Shown piece after piece: positions 1 through 7,610 of a stretch of DNA of 32,000 bases. Position 1 is the stretch's first letter; each line of letters opens with the position of its first letter. The stretch lies in contig NZ_LWLG01000005.1 in NCBI RefSeq assembly GCF_001652585.1, positions 1-32,000 on the forward strand, read 5' to 3'. The stretch comes from Thermosulfurimonas dismutans. Its GTDB lineage: Bacteria; Desulfobacterota; Thermodesulfobacteria; Thermodesulfobacteriales; Thermodesulfobacteriaceae. The translations under genes and the position numbers were made by a program. Under the pieces are notes generated by a model. The model was not told the DNA's origin and did not search any database. It saw nothing but the letters and a program-made list of their open reading frames with translations.

Positions 1-403
1 AAAACTCCTTTACAGAAACAATCGGCACCGGAGAATTTGCTAGTTCCAAAAGATGACTATCTCCAGATACTATGAAATCCGCTTTTCCATCAATGGCACA
101 CCAGATAAATTTATCGTCTTCGGGATCGGCTTCTACATAGGGTTTACCTTTGGGAACTTCTACAACTTCGAACCAGGGAAGAATCTCCTGAGTTAGCAAA
201 TAAGAAATTTCTTCTTCAGTTAGTTGAAATTTTGGATATGAAAGAACTTTGAGATATTCGTCAACAATCTCTTTCGAGCAAAGAGGAAGAATTTTACCTT
301 CTTTCCATAGATCAATAAGCTTTTCAAGCTGACCACCAAATAGAAGGGCAGAAACAACTATATTGGTATCCAGGACCACTCGAATTACTTTTCCCGTGCC
401 CAT
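1..403 (-). CDS. PIN-domain toxin of a type II TA pair (3' end runs off the window)
   Basis: My own minus-strand translation from the ATG at 403 gives MGTGKVIRVVLDTNIVVSALLFGGQLEKLIDLW...KADFIVSGDSHLLELAN... and stays open to base 1. The N-terminal D-T-N and C-terminal SGD match the PIN acidic-residue pattern. The start overlaps the 3' end of the upstream antitoxin gene (385-403). It is absent from the ORF track because it has no stop inside the window. Confidence 0.65.
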   Translation of the reverse strand, partial: MGTGKVIRVVLDTNIVVSALLFGGQLEKLIDLWKEGKILPLCSKEIVDEYLKVLSYPKFQLTEEEISYLLTQEILPWFEVVEVPKGKPYVEADPEDDKFIWCAIDGKADFIVSGDSHLLELANSPVPIVSVKEF

Positions 404-612
404 TTAACGGCCTCGGCTACCGAATCTTCAGAAAGACCAAGCTTTTTCATCTTTTGCCGGATGGCATCCAATTTTATAGGCTCTACCTGCACAGGTCTTA
501 AAATTATTGCTCCATTTTCGTAGGAAATCTCGAAATATTTTACCGGGGGAAGTTTGGCCAAAATCTTTTTCGGAATGGTAATCTGGTTTTTAGAAGACAA
601 CTTGGCCAACAT
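385..612 (-). CDS. AbrB/SpoVT-type antitoxin
   Basis: I trimmed track ORF 385..735 to the internal ATG at 612, which lies 6 nt downstream of AAGGAGG (revcomp of 619-625). The product MLAKLSSKNQITIPKKILAKL... has the looped-hinge SpoVT/AbrB signature (K-N-Q-I-T-I-P-K). The gene overlaps the PIN gene start. Confidence 0.7.
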   Translation of the reverse strand: MLAKLSSKNQITIPKKILAKLPPVKYFEISYENGAIILRPVQVEPIKLDAIRQKMKKLGLSEDSVAEAVKWAREK

Positions 613-919
613 GCCAAGCCTCCTTACTTCTTGGTTTACAGAAATTTTAATATTTTTACCGAAACAAAACAAGGTATCGGGCAAAGGCATTGCCGAACAC
701 ATCCTAGGAGATAGGCGCTGATTTACGCTTGACAAAGCTCCTTTGGCCTATGAAACTGTGAAAAATGTTTTTTTAAAATAGCCCTTCCTGAGCACGTGTG
801 GCGCAAGGCCCAGGAGCTAGCGTCGAATATAAGATCTAAATGGACGAGTTTCTAAAAGGTTGAAATAATATGAACAAGAAAAATATTTTTGATAATTTTG
901 GCTCCTGGAGGTGGAAAAT

Positions 920-1147
920 ATGATAAACATTCATGAATCTTTTAAAGATTTTGAAAAATTAATAAAACTTTATGACTTGCATATTATAAAAGAGAAAATA
1001 TCGCTTTTTGAAAAAAAGTATGGCAAAAATTTCTCGGATTTTGAAAAAGAAGTTTTATCTAAAGAAGACTTTGAAAAATGGGATGATTATTTGGAGTGGA
1101 AAGCTTATTTAAAAAGTTTAAAGGATCTAGAGAATTTATCTGAATGA
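920..1147 (+). CDS. Hypothetical small Glu/Lys/Phe-rich protein (possible orphan antitoxin-like gene)
   Basis: The track ORF runs 911..1147. The ATG at 920 lies 8 nt after GGAGG (907-911), so I prefer it as the start. The gene sits in a visibly AT-rich segment, and I recognise no family motif. Confidence 0.4.
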   Translation: MINIHESFKDFEKLIKLYDLHIIKEKISLFEKKYGKNFSDFEKEVLSKEDFEKWDDYLEWKAYLKSLKDLENLSE

Positions 1148-1405
1148 ACTTTTTAAACTGTCTTAAAAAGTTTTCTTTTGTACAGAATATAGAGGTAAAG
1201 GAAAGATTTTGCCAAACTATGCTATAACTTGTGAGGATATTTTAAAAGAAATTGAACAGATTCTAAAAAGAGAAAGATTACAGTAAATATATGTTAAAAC
1301 AAGATCGTAAATCCCTTTCGGATGAGTCGTATATAAAAATGTGCTAGATGCCAAATGTAGCCTCATGTGTTAAAATGAGACCACAATCACATTAGGAGAG
1401 GTATT

Positions 1406-1666
1406 ATGCAGGTCTCGGTGAGAGAACTTAAAAGCAACCTTTCTCGTTACTTAAGAGAGATCAAACAGGGAAAAATTATTGAAATCACGTGCCACCGCCG
1501 TCTAGTGGCTAAACTTTGTCCCGCTGGAGAACAAAAAAATGGTATTGAGGCCCTGATGGTGAATGGACTGGTCACCTGGGATGGTGGTAAACCTAAAGGT
1601 GGACGTATCAGACCAAAAATATCTGGTAAGAGTGTCGCCGAACGTGTTCTGGAGGATCGCCGGTGA
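1406..1666 (+). CDS. Phd/YefM-type antitoxin (VapB-like)
   Basis: The N-terminus MQVSVRELKSNLSRYLREIKQGKIIEIT is typical of the Phd/YefM fold (the pattern is roughly SxxELKxxLSxxL...G..v.It). The stop overlaps the start of the downstream PIN gene (GTGA at 1663-1666). Confidence 0.75.
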   Translation: MQVSVRELKSNLSRYLREIKQGKIIEITCHRRLVAKLCPAGEQKNGIEALMVNGLVTWDGGKPKGGRIRPKISGKSVAERVLEDRR

Positions 1667-2088
1667 TCCTCTATTTGGACACTTCTGCTTTGGTAAAGCT
1701 TTATGTAGAAGAGGGAAATAGCTCTACAGTTGAGCACGCGGTTTCTAAAGCCAAAATTGTAGCCACGCATTTAATTGCTTATGTAGAGGCTCATGCGGCT
1801 TTTGCCAGGCTGTGTCGTGAAGGTCTAATTTCCGAAGAAATGTTAGAAAACATCCAGAAAGATTTTGAAAAAGATTGGCCTCACTATATGAAAATTGGCC
1901 TTAACCAAAGTCTTTTAGAGCGAGCCAGTGATTTTGCGAAAGCTTTTGCTCTGAAGGCCTATGATAGTGTTCACTTGGCGGCAGCAGATCTTTTATTAAA
2001 AAAGGCAAATGAAGAGGTAATCTTTGGTTGTTTTGATAAAAAACTTAATCAGGCGGCTAAAATTATTGGTTTTCCGTTGTTAAGTTAG
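1663..2088 (+). CDS. vapC: PIN-domain ribonuclease toxin VapC
   Basis: The product is 141 aa and begins (M)ILYLDTSALVKLYVEE, which carries the first PIN acidic residue in LDTSA. A later YDSVHLAAA motif is present. A 4-nt overlap couples it to the antitoxin gene. Confidence 0.8.
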   Translation: MILYLDTSALVKLYVEEGNSSTVEHAVSKAKIVATHLIAYVEAHAAFARLCREGLISEEMLENIQKDFEKDWPHYMKIGLNQSLLERASDFAKAFALKAYDSVHLAAADLLLKKANEEVIFGCFDKKLNQAAKIIGFPLLS

Positions 2089-2156
2089 GAGTAACCAATG
2101 CCCCTGAATCCGGTCCAGTTTGGTAAGGATGTTATAGATCAGTAAGGCGTTTGGCT

Positions 2157-3917
2157 CTAAGTTCCGCTATCCTCAAGTAGTCTTTCGTAAGCTGAAAGGG
2201 CCTTTCTCAGAAAGGCTTCTTCAAGTTTGCCGTGGGGAGAGACGGTCTCCAAAATTCTTTTGGGGATTTTAAGCTTCTTTAAGGCAAATCCCCGTTTCTT
2301 TTTGAAGAAATACTTGCGTTTGAGGATCTTTTCACCGAGGAGCTTGAGGTCTTCGACGCTGTAGTCAAAGTCTGAAAGACGGAAACATTGGGCCAGGGTC
2401 TCGTAATCGTAGACACTTCTTCCGAAGAAGCAACACACCGCCGAGGAAAGGATCTGGCGATAGACCTCTTCTTCAAAAAGCTTTTGGGCCAGGCTCTCCG
2501 GGGTGATTTCTTCCGGCGAGAGTTTCTGGTCGTAGCTATAGCCTGCGGAGTCGAGATGGCTGTGCCGTGAGCCAGTAAGGTGGGTTACGTGGGCCCCGTA
2601 GCCGGTGTGGTACCCTGGCATTTCGTTGCCGCCAAAGGCCAGGGCAAAGTCTTGGCCGCCGTATTTTTGCGAAGCGTAGTCCACGCCGCTTGCCAGGGCG
2701 GCATAGAATTCGTTGGCTTTTTGGGCAAGGAGAGGAAGCATCTTGAGATAGGTTTCCACGTCGCCGAAGCGGGGTTTGAGCCCGAGGGTGTCTTTTTCGC
2801 TTACTAGGCCCCGTTCGAAGGCCTCGGTGGCCCAGGCTTGCACGACCCCGGTGCTCATGGCGTCAAGCCCAAGGTTGTCGATGGCATCAAGGAGGCGCAG
2901 GATCCCCTCGGCCGAACCGATCCCCAGCATGCTTCCGTTGGCGTAAATGGGTTCGTAGTCGTAGGAGATGAAAGTGGTCTTGTAAAAGTAAGGTTCGTCT
3001 TCGTAAGGAGTGCGGAGGGCGGCGAGATGGATACAGGCCATGGGGCAGTGGGCACAGGCCAGTCGACGGCCAAGGAGGTTTTCGGCAAAGTATTCACCGC
3101 TTATTTTTTCGGCCTCCTCAAAACGGGTGCTTCTGAGGTTTCTGGTAGGAAGGGCCCCGAGTTTGTTTAAAGGAAGAACGTTTACCGCCGTGCCTATATC
3201 GTGATATTTGCGAAGAGAAGGTGCTTCCTGAAGTCTTTTCAGGATTTCGTCGTAGGTTTCCTTGTAGAGCTTGCGGTCGTTAACAGGCAAGGCGCGTTTT
3301 CCGACAATGACAATGGCTTTCAGTTTTTTATAACCAAAGGCCGCTCCAAGGCCCAAACGCCCGAAATGGCGATAGGTCTCGGTGACCACGCAGGCGTAGG
3401 TGCAGCCGGCCTCTCCCGCCGGGCCGATCCGAAGGATGCTCCGCAGGCCGCTTCCTCCCTCACGCTCCCGGATAAAGCGCCCGGTCTCTGAAACGGTAAG
3501 CCCCCAAAGACCGCGGGCATCCCGGAACTTGACCCCTTGGGAATCTATGACCAGATAGACGGGAAAATCGCTCTTTCCCCGGATGACCACCGCGCCATAG
3601 CCGGCAAGCCTCAAAGCCAGGGCGCTTCTCCCGCCGGCGTGGCTTTCGCCAAGGAGCTTGTTGTGTGGGGAAAGGAACATGGAAACGGTCTTGGAAGCGA
3701 TGGGAAAGAGCCCGTTTGCCGGCCCCACGGCAAAGATGATGGGGTTCTTGGGGTCTGCGGGCTCAATCTCCGGAGGACATTCTTCTTCCAAAAGGGCACT
3801 GGCCACTCCGGTGCCGCCGATGTTTTGAATGAAAAGTTCCGGACGTTCAGTCACCCAGAAACGTTTGGTGCTTAGGTCAATATAAAGGACCCTTTTCAAG
3901 GGATCATTGGCGAGCAC
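2157..3917 (-). CDS. aor: Aldehyde:ferredoxin oxidoreductase family (tungstopterin) enzyme
   Basis: The product is 586 aa. The N-terminal RVLYIDLSTKRFWV...GGTGVASALL is characteristic of the AOR N-terminal domain, and an internal CAHCPMAC motif supplies the 4Fe-4S ligands. The GTG start is preceded by GAGGAGGA. The gene overlaps the upstream ferredoxin gene by 14 nt. Confidence 0.85.
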   Translation of the reverse strand: MLANDPLKRVLYIDLSTKRFWVTERPELFIQNIGGTGVASALLEEECPPEIEPADPKNPIIFAVGPANGLFPIASKTVSMFLSPHNKLLGESHAGGRSALALRLAGYGAVVIRGKSDFPVYLVIDSQGVKFRDARGLWGLTVSETGRFIREREGGSGLRSILRIGPAGEAGCTYACVVTETYRHFGRLGLGAAFGYKKLKAIVIVGKRALPVNDRKLYKETYDEILKRLQEAPSLRKYHDIGTAVNVLPLNKLGALPTRNLRSTRFEEAEKISGEYFAENLLGRRLACAHCPMACIHLAALRTPYEDEPYFYKTTFISYDYEPIYANGSMLGIGSAEGILRLLDAIDNLGLDAMSTGVVQAWATEAFERGLVSEKDTLGLKPRFGDVETYLKMLPLLAQKANEFYAALASGVDYASQKYGGQDFALAFGGNEMPGYHTGYGAHVTHLTGSRHSHLDSAGYSYDQKLSPEEITPESLAQKLFEEEVYRQILSSAVCCFFGRSVYDYETLAQCFRLSDFDYSVEDLKLLGEKILKRKYFFKKKRGFALKKLKIPKRILETVSPHGKLEEAFLRKALSAYERLLEDSGT

Positions 3918-4317
3918 TTTGATCCTCCTCTACCGCCAAGACGTTATGGGGACAATACTCGGCACAATAACCACAATGCATACAGATGACCGGTTTTTGC
4001 GTCTCTTCGTTCCAGAAGATAGCTTTAAGCGGGCAGGCCTCTACGCAAAACCCGCAACCGATGCACTTCTTAGGCGAAAGGACGACTCCTCCGCCTTTGC
4101 GTTTTAAAAGGGCACCGGTGGGGCACACGGAGAGACAGGGAGGATCTTCACAGGCCCTGCAGACGATCACCGTAAGGCCCCGGGAAAGGCCTCCCCTTGA
4201 ACGCACGTGGATGGCACATTCCGCTATGCCGCCGGTTCCGGTGCGCCGCTGACAGGCGAACATGCAAAGCTGACATCCCACGCAACGATCGGTATCAAGA
4301 ACTTTGAGTCGGGCCAT
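3904..4317 (-). CDS. 4Fe-4S polyferredoxin-type electron-transfer subunit paired with AOR
   Basis: I trimmed track ORF 3904..4347 to MARLKVLDTDRCVGCQLCMFAC, whose ATG at 4317 follows GAGGAGGA. Four Cys clusters are present: CVGCQLCMFAC, CRACEDPPCLSVCP, CIGCGFCVEACP and CMHCGYCAEYCP. Confidence 0.75.
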   Translation of the reverse strand: MARLKVLDTDRCVGCQLCMFACQRRTGTGGIAECAIHVRSRGGLSRGLTVIVCRACEDPPCLSVCPTGALLKRKGGGVVLSPKKCIGCGFCVEACPLKAIFWNEETQKPVICMHCGYCAEYCPHNVLAVEEDQSARQ

Positions 4318-4399
4318 CTTTCCTCCTCGCGTTTCGCCCTCTCTCAAGATACTACCTTTATGTTGGTGAGAAGAAAAGTTTGGGCAAGGCTTTTTTATC

Positions 4400-4467
4400 T
4401 GATTACTTTTTCCGAGCCCATTCGATAGCCTCGGCTACAGAATCTTCAGAAAGACCAAGCTTTTCAT
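4400..4467 (-). pseudogene. Relic of an AbrB-antitoxin 3' end and PIN-toxin 5' end (second copy of 382-451)
   Basis: By hand alignment it is about 85 percent identical to 382-451, with a 25-nt exact core (4440-4464 matches 422-446). A 1-nt deletion occurs in the T run. It encodes only ...LGLSEDSVAEAIEWARKK* and a PIN start, MGSEKVIR, followed by a stop. Confidence 0.6.
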
Positions 4468-4479
4468 TTCCAAAGCTAG

Positions 4480-4578
4480 GACAATATCATCGTTACCGGA
4501 GATAAAGAAATTTTAAATCTTATCCAATTTGAAGGGATTAAAAATTTGAGTTTGAGAGAATATTTGCAGATTTATTAA
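4480..4578 (+). pseudogene. C-terminal fragment of a PIN-domain toxin
   Basis: The 32 codons DNIIVTGDKEILNLIQFEGIKNLSLREYLQIY* come directly after an in-frame TAG. The (I/V)VTGDK..L motif matches the C-terminal end of the same PIN subfamily as the gene at 1-403 (FIVSGDSHLL). No N-terminal part is present. Confidence 0.5.
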
Positions 4579-4599
4579 CAATGCCTATCAAATCTATTT

Positions 4600-4628
4600 G
4601 GGGCACCGCGGGGCACCTCTGGGGCACC
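4600..4628. repeat. Three direct GGGGCACC octamers phased 10-11 bp apart
   Basis: Exact copies lie at 4600-4607, 4610-4617 and 4621-4628, in non-coding DNA about 60 bp upstream of the tRNA-like fragment. Confidence 0.6.
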
Positions 4629-4688
4629 ACACGAACTCACGATTTCTCTCAATTTCTCCCAAAATCTATACGAGAGAAGGGGTATAAA

Positions 4689-4716
4689 GAAAGTTCAAAT
4701 CTTGCCGTCCCGACCA
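4689..4716 (+). other. tRNA 3'-end fragment (T-arm, acceptor 3' strand, discriminator and CCA), a possible att-site remnant
   Basis: The sequence is GAAAG-TTCAAAT-CTTGC-CGTCCCG-A-CCA. It has the G53-TTCAAAT-C61 T-loop signature, 4 of 5 T-stem pairs, a 7-nt acceptor strand, A73 and CCA at canonical spacing. The complementary 5' acceptor strand (CGGGACG) is absent upstream, so this is not a complete tRNA gene. Confidence 0.45.
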
Positions 4717-4748
4717 TGGGCGCACTCACGGCACGCCAGGACCCGCCT

Positions 4749-4901
4749 TCAACCTTTAGTCGCAAGCCAGGCTTCCTCCCGGGTAAAGATAGGCCTTCCA
4801 CATAGCTCGCATTGGGGTAGCGTGAGGCCCCGAGTATAGAAACGGATTTTGTCCCAAAGTTCTTCACCCATGGCTTTCGGATCTGAACTCTTAAAGCGCA
4901 T
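4749..4901 (-). CDS. Small hypothetical ORF downstream of copA (50 codons to a TGA; zinc-ribbon-like if read through to 4695)
   Basis: The ATG at 4901 lies 6 nt after AGGAGGG and 27 nt downstream of the copA stop. The product is MRFKSSDPKAMGEELWDKIRFYTRGLTLPQCELCGRPIFTREEAWLATKG, ending at TGA. The ORF is too short for the track. See the findings for the TGA issue. Confidence 0.3.
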   Translation of the reverse strand: MRFKSSDPKAMGEELWDKIRFYTRGLTLPQCELCGRPIFTREEAWLATKG

Positions 4902-4928
4902 TTATGGCCCTCCTGATACTATTTCTCT

Positions 4929-7376
4929 TTAAAAAGAAAGTTTTTTAAGACGTAGAGCGTTGGTGACCACCGAGACCGAGGAAAGGGCCATGGCTGCGGC
5001 TGCGATGGCCGGGCTCAAGCGCCAGCCGAAAAAGGGATAAAACACTCCAGCCGCAAGGGGAATGGCCAGAACATTGTACCCAAAGGCCCAGAAGAGGTTT
5101 TGTTTGATTATCCGAAGCGTGGCCCGACAGAGCTTAACAGTCCAGGGGACCAGTCGCAGGTCCGCCCGCATGAGGGCTACATCCGCGGACTCAATGGCAA
5201 TGTCCGTCCCGGAGGAAAGGGCCACTCCAAGATCAGCCTGAGCCAGGGCCGGAGCGTCGTTTATGCCGTCGCCTACCATCATGACCCGCTGACCCTTCTC
5301 CTGTAGCTCACGGATCTTCTGGGCCTTGTCTTCAGGCAAAACTTCAGCCATGAAACCGTCAAGGGTAAGTTCTTTGGCGATGGAGGCCGCCGTGGCCTGG
5401 TTGTCCCCAGTGAGCATGAAAACCTTAAGCCCCAGGGCTTTGAGATCATTAATAACTTCTTTGGCCTCGGGCCTTAAGACATCGGCTATGGTGAGAAATC
5501 CCACTGCCTTCCCCGCATAGGCCACTAGCACCACCGTTTTTCCGGAGGAAGCTTCCTCTAAGACCTTTTCTTCTAGGGCCTTCGGAACCTCCACCTGTGC
5601 CTTCACCCAGTTCGGTTTTCCGACAAGAACGGTCTGACCGTCTATCTCTCCAGAAAGACCTTTGCCTGGGATGGCTGTAAGTCCCTTTACCTCCGGAAGC
5701 TCAAGCCCTTCGGCGGCCTTTACGATGGCTTTGGAGAGGGGATGTTCGGAGTGGCACTCAAGGGCCCCCGCAAGTCTCAGAAGATCTTCTTCCGAATACT
5801 CCTCCGCCGGAAATACAGCTTTTACCTCGGGTTTTCCGTGGGTGAGGGTACCGGTCTTATCAAGGACACAGACTTCAACCTGGGCGCCCTCTTCAAGGGC
5901 AAGGGCGTTCTTTATAAGGATTCCCATTTCCGCGGCCCGGCCCGTGCCCACCATGACCGCCGCCGGGGTGGCGAGCCCCATGGCGCAGGGACAAGCTATC
6001 ACCAGCACCGAAACGAAGGAAAGCAGGGCGTTGGTAATCTTCGGCTCGGGCCCCACCAGATACCAGACCGCAAGGGTCACAGCCGCTATCACCAGGACCA
6101 CCGGCACAAAGACGCCAGCCACCCGATCGGCCAGGCGCTGGATCTGAGCCTTGGATCCCTGGGCCTCCTCTACCAGGCGGGCGATGGTGGCAAGCACCGT
6201 TTCTCGACCCACCTTTTCCACTCGGAACTTGAAAACCCCGTAAAGGTTGAGGGTGCCCCCGATGACCCTTGCACCCGGGCCTTTTTCCACCGGGAGGCTT
6301 TCGCCCGTTAGCATGGACTCATCAATGGCGGTCCGGCCTTCCAGAATAAGGCCATCTGCCGGAAGGCGCTCCCCGGGTCTTACCACTACCACATCGCCAG
6401 GAAGAAGGGCCTCGGCTGGAAGCTCCACTTCCCGGTCACCTCGAATGACACGGGCCATGGGAGGGGTGAGGCTCAAGAGTTTGCGGACGGCTTCGCCGGC
6501 CCGTCCCCGGGCTCGTGTCTCAAGGTATCGCCCGAGAAGCACAAAGGCGATGATCATGGCCGCGGAATCGTAATAGACATGAAGCGGAAGCCCGGCTGAA
6601 AGAAACGGCCCCGGGAAAAAAGTCACCACCACGGAGTAAAAATAGGCCGAAAGGGTTCCCAGAGACACCAGGGTGTTCATGTCCGCGGTGCGGTGCTTAA
6701 GCCCCTTTAAAGCCCCCCGCAGAAACTCCCAGCCGGCGTAAAACTCAACCAGGGTGGCCAGAAGAAATAGGAGATAGAAACGGAGTATCAGGGGTATCCG
6801 GGACACGAAGGGAAAAAGCTTCTCCATGGAAAGTAAAAAAATAAGAGGCGCAAGGAGCCAGGCCACAAGAAGCCTCTTTTTGAGCTCCGCAAGCCTCGCC
6901 TCTTCCGCGCCCGCAGCGATGGTCTGGGTCTCCTCGGAAAGCCCCAGAAACTGATACCCCTCGTCTTCAATAACCTTTCTGAAGTTCGAAATTCCGGTTA
7001 TCTCCGGATCATAGACGATGCGGGCCCTGCCGGAGGCCAGGTTGATGGAAACCTCCAGAACCCCGGAAAGCTTCCCCAGGGCCTTTTCCAGGCGGGCCAC
7101 GCAGGCGGCACAGCTCATGCCCCCGATGGCTACCACCGTAGTCTCTTTTCTTGAGACCGCGGGCGCGAGCTCATACCCCTCTTCCTGGATGGCCTTTATC
7201 ATCTCTTCGGGAGAGATCTTCGCGGGCTCATAGACCACCCGGGCCTTGGCGGCCGCGAAATTTACGGAAGCCTCAATAACCCCAGGAAGACGAGAAAGAA
7301 CCTTTTCTATGCGGGCCGCACAGGCCGCACAGCTCATCCCGGAGATGGAAAATAGTATCTCCCGCTTGGTGCTCAT
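4929..7376 (-). CDS. copA: Cu(I)-translocating P1B-1 ATPase with two N-terminal HMA domains
   Basis: The product is 815 aa and carries two GMSCAAC metal-binding domains. Other motifs are TGES, the CPC transmembrane motif ([11 protein letters not shown]), DKTGTLT, SEHPL and GDGINDAP. Confidence 0.92.
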   Translation of the reverse strand: MSTKREILFSISGMSCAACAARIEKVLSRLPGVIEASVNFAAAKARVVYEPAKISPEEMIKAIQEEGYELAPAVSRKETTVVAIGGMSCAACVARLEKALGKLSGVLEVSINLASGRARIVYDPEITGISNFRKVIEDEGYQFLGLSEETQTIAAGAEEARLAELKKRLLVAWLLAPLIFLLSMEKLFPFVSRIPLILRFYLLFLLATLVEFYAGWEFLRGALKGLKHRTADMNTLVSLGTLSAYFYSVVVTFFPGPFLSAGLPLHVYYDSAAMIIAFVLLGRYLETRARGRAGEAVRKLLSLTPPMARVIRGDREVELPAEALLPGDVVVVRPGERLPADGLILEGRTAIDESMLTGESLPVEKGPGARVIGGTLNLYGVFKFRVEKVGRETVLATIARLVEEAQGSKAQIQRLADRVAGVFVPVVLVIAAVTLAVWYLVGPEPKITNALLSFVSVLVIACPCAMGLATPAAVMVGTGRAAEMGILIKNALALEEGAQVEVCVLDKTGTLTHGKPEVKAVFPAEEYSEEDLLRLAGALECHSEHPLSKAIVKAAEGLELPEVKGLTAIPGKGLSGEIDGQTVLVGKPNWVKAQVEVPKALEEKVLEEASSGKTVVLVAYAGKAVGFLTIADVLRPEAKEVINDLKALGLKVFMLTGDNQATAASIAKELTLDGFMAEVLPEDKAQKIRELQEKGQRVMMVGDGINDAPALAQADLGVALSSGTDIAIESADVALMRADLRLVPWTVKLCRATLRIIKQNLFWAFGYNVLAIPLAAGVFYPFFGWRLSPAIAAAAMALSSVSVVTNALRLKKLSF

Positions 7377-7585
7377 TAGCCCTTTTCCACGCGGTAGCCG
7401 GCCTCCTCGATTACACGGGCGACATCCTCAAGAGTTACACTCTCCGGTTTCTCAAAAGTGGCGGTTCCGCTCTTAAGATCCACCTTTACATCCGTTACTC
7501 CCGAGAGTCCGGAGAGGGCCTTGGTTACCCGCATCGCACAGTGCTCGCAGCTCATCCCGGAAATCCTGATGGTAGTTTTGGCCAT
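7376..7585 (-). CDS. copZ: Copper chaperone CopZ (HMA domain)
   Basis: I trimmed track ORF 7376..7861 to [20 protein letters not shown]... (69 aa), whose ATG at 7585 follows GGAGGG. It contains the GMSCxxC motif, and its stop overlaps the copA start (TAATG). Confidence 0.85.
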   Translation of the reverse strand: MAKTTIRISGMSCEHCAMRVTKALSGLSGVTDVKVDLKSGTATFEKPESVTLEDVARVIEEAGYRVEKG

Positions 7586-7610
7586 GATATCCCTCCAAAA
7601 CAACGCTTTA

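Noticed and set aside
385-735. The 116-aa track ORF as the full antitoxin gene
   Set aside because: The first 41 codons have no RBS and read like non-coding DNA. The internal ATG at 612 has AAGGAGG at 6-nt spacing and gives a typical 75-aa AbrB-type antitoxin.
2099-2146. A 15-codon ORF, MPLNPVQFGKDVIDQ*, that resembles the N-terminus of a larger protein
   Set aside because: It is too short to assign, I recognise no family with confidence, and it lies in a 68-nt convergent gap. At best it is an unverifiable gene fragment.
4581-4867. Track ORFs 4581..4805 (+) and 4649..4867 (-) as genes
   Set aside because: Neither has an RBS or a recognisable motif, and both overlap the octamer repeats and the tRNA relic. 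The only ORF here with a good RBS is the differently framed 4749..4901.
5662-6311. Plus-strand ORFs of 161 and 189 aa inside copA, and the analogous 12281..12877, 7767..8396, 10710..11318, 25240..25833, 29128..29730, 17360..17902 and 19842..20315
   Set aside because: All are antisense or off-frame to genes with unambiguous family motifs. Their Arg/Ser/Pro/Gly-rich composition is typical of shadow frames in GC-rich coding DNA.
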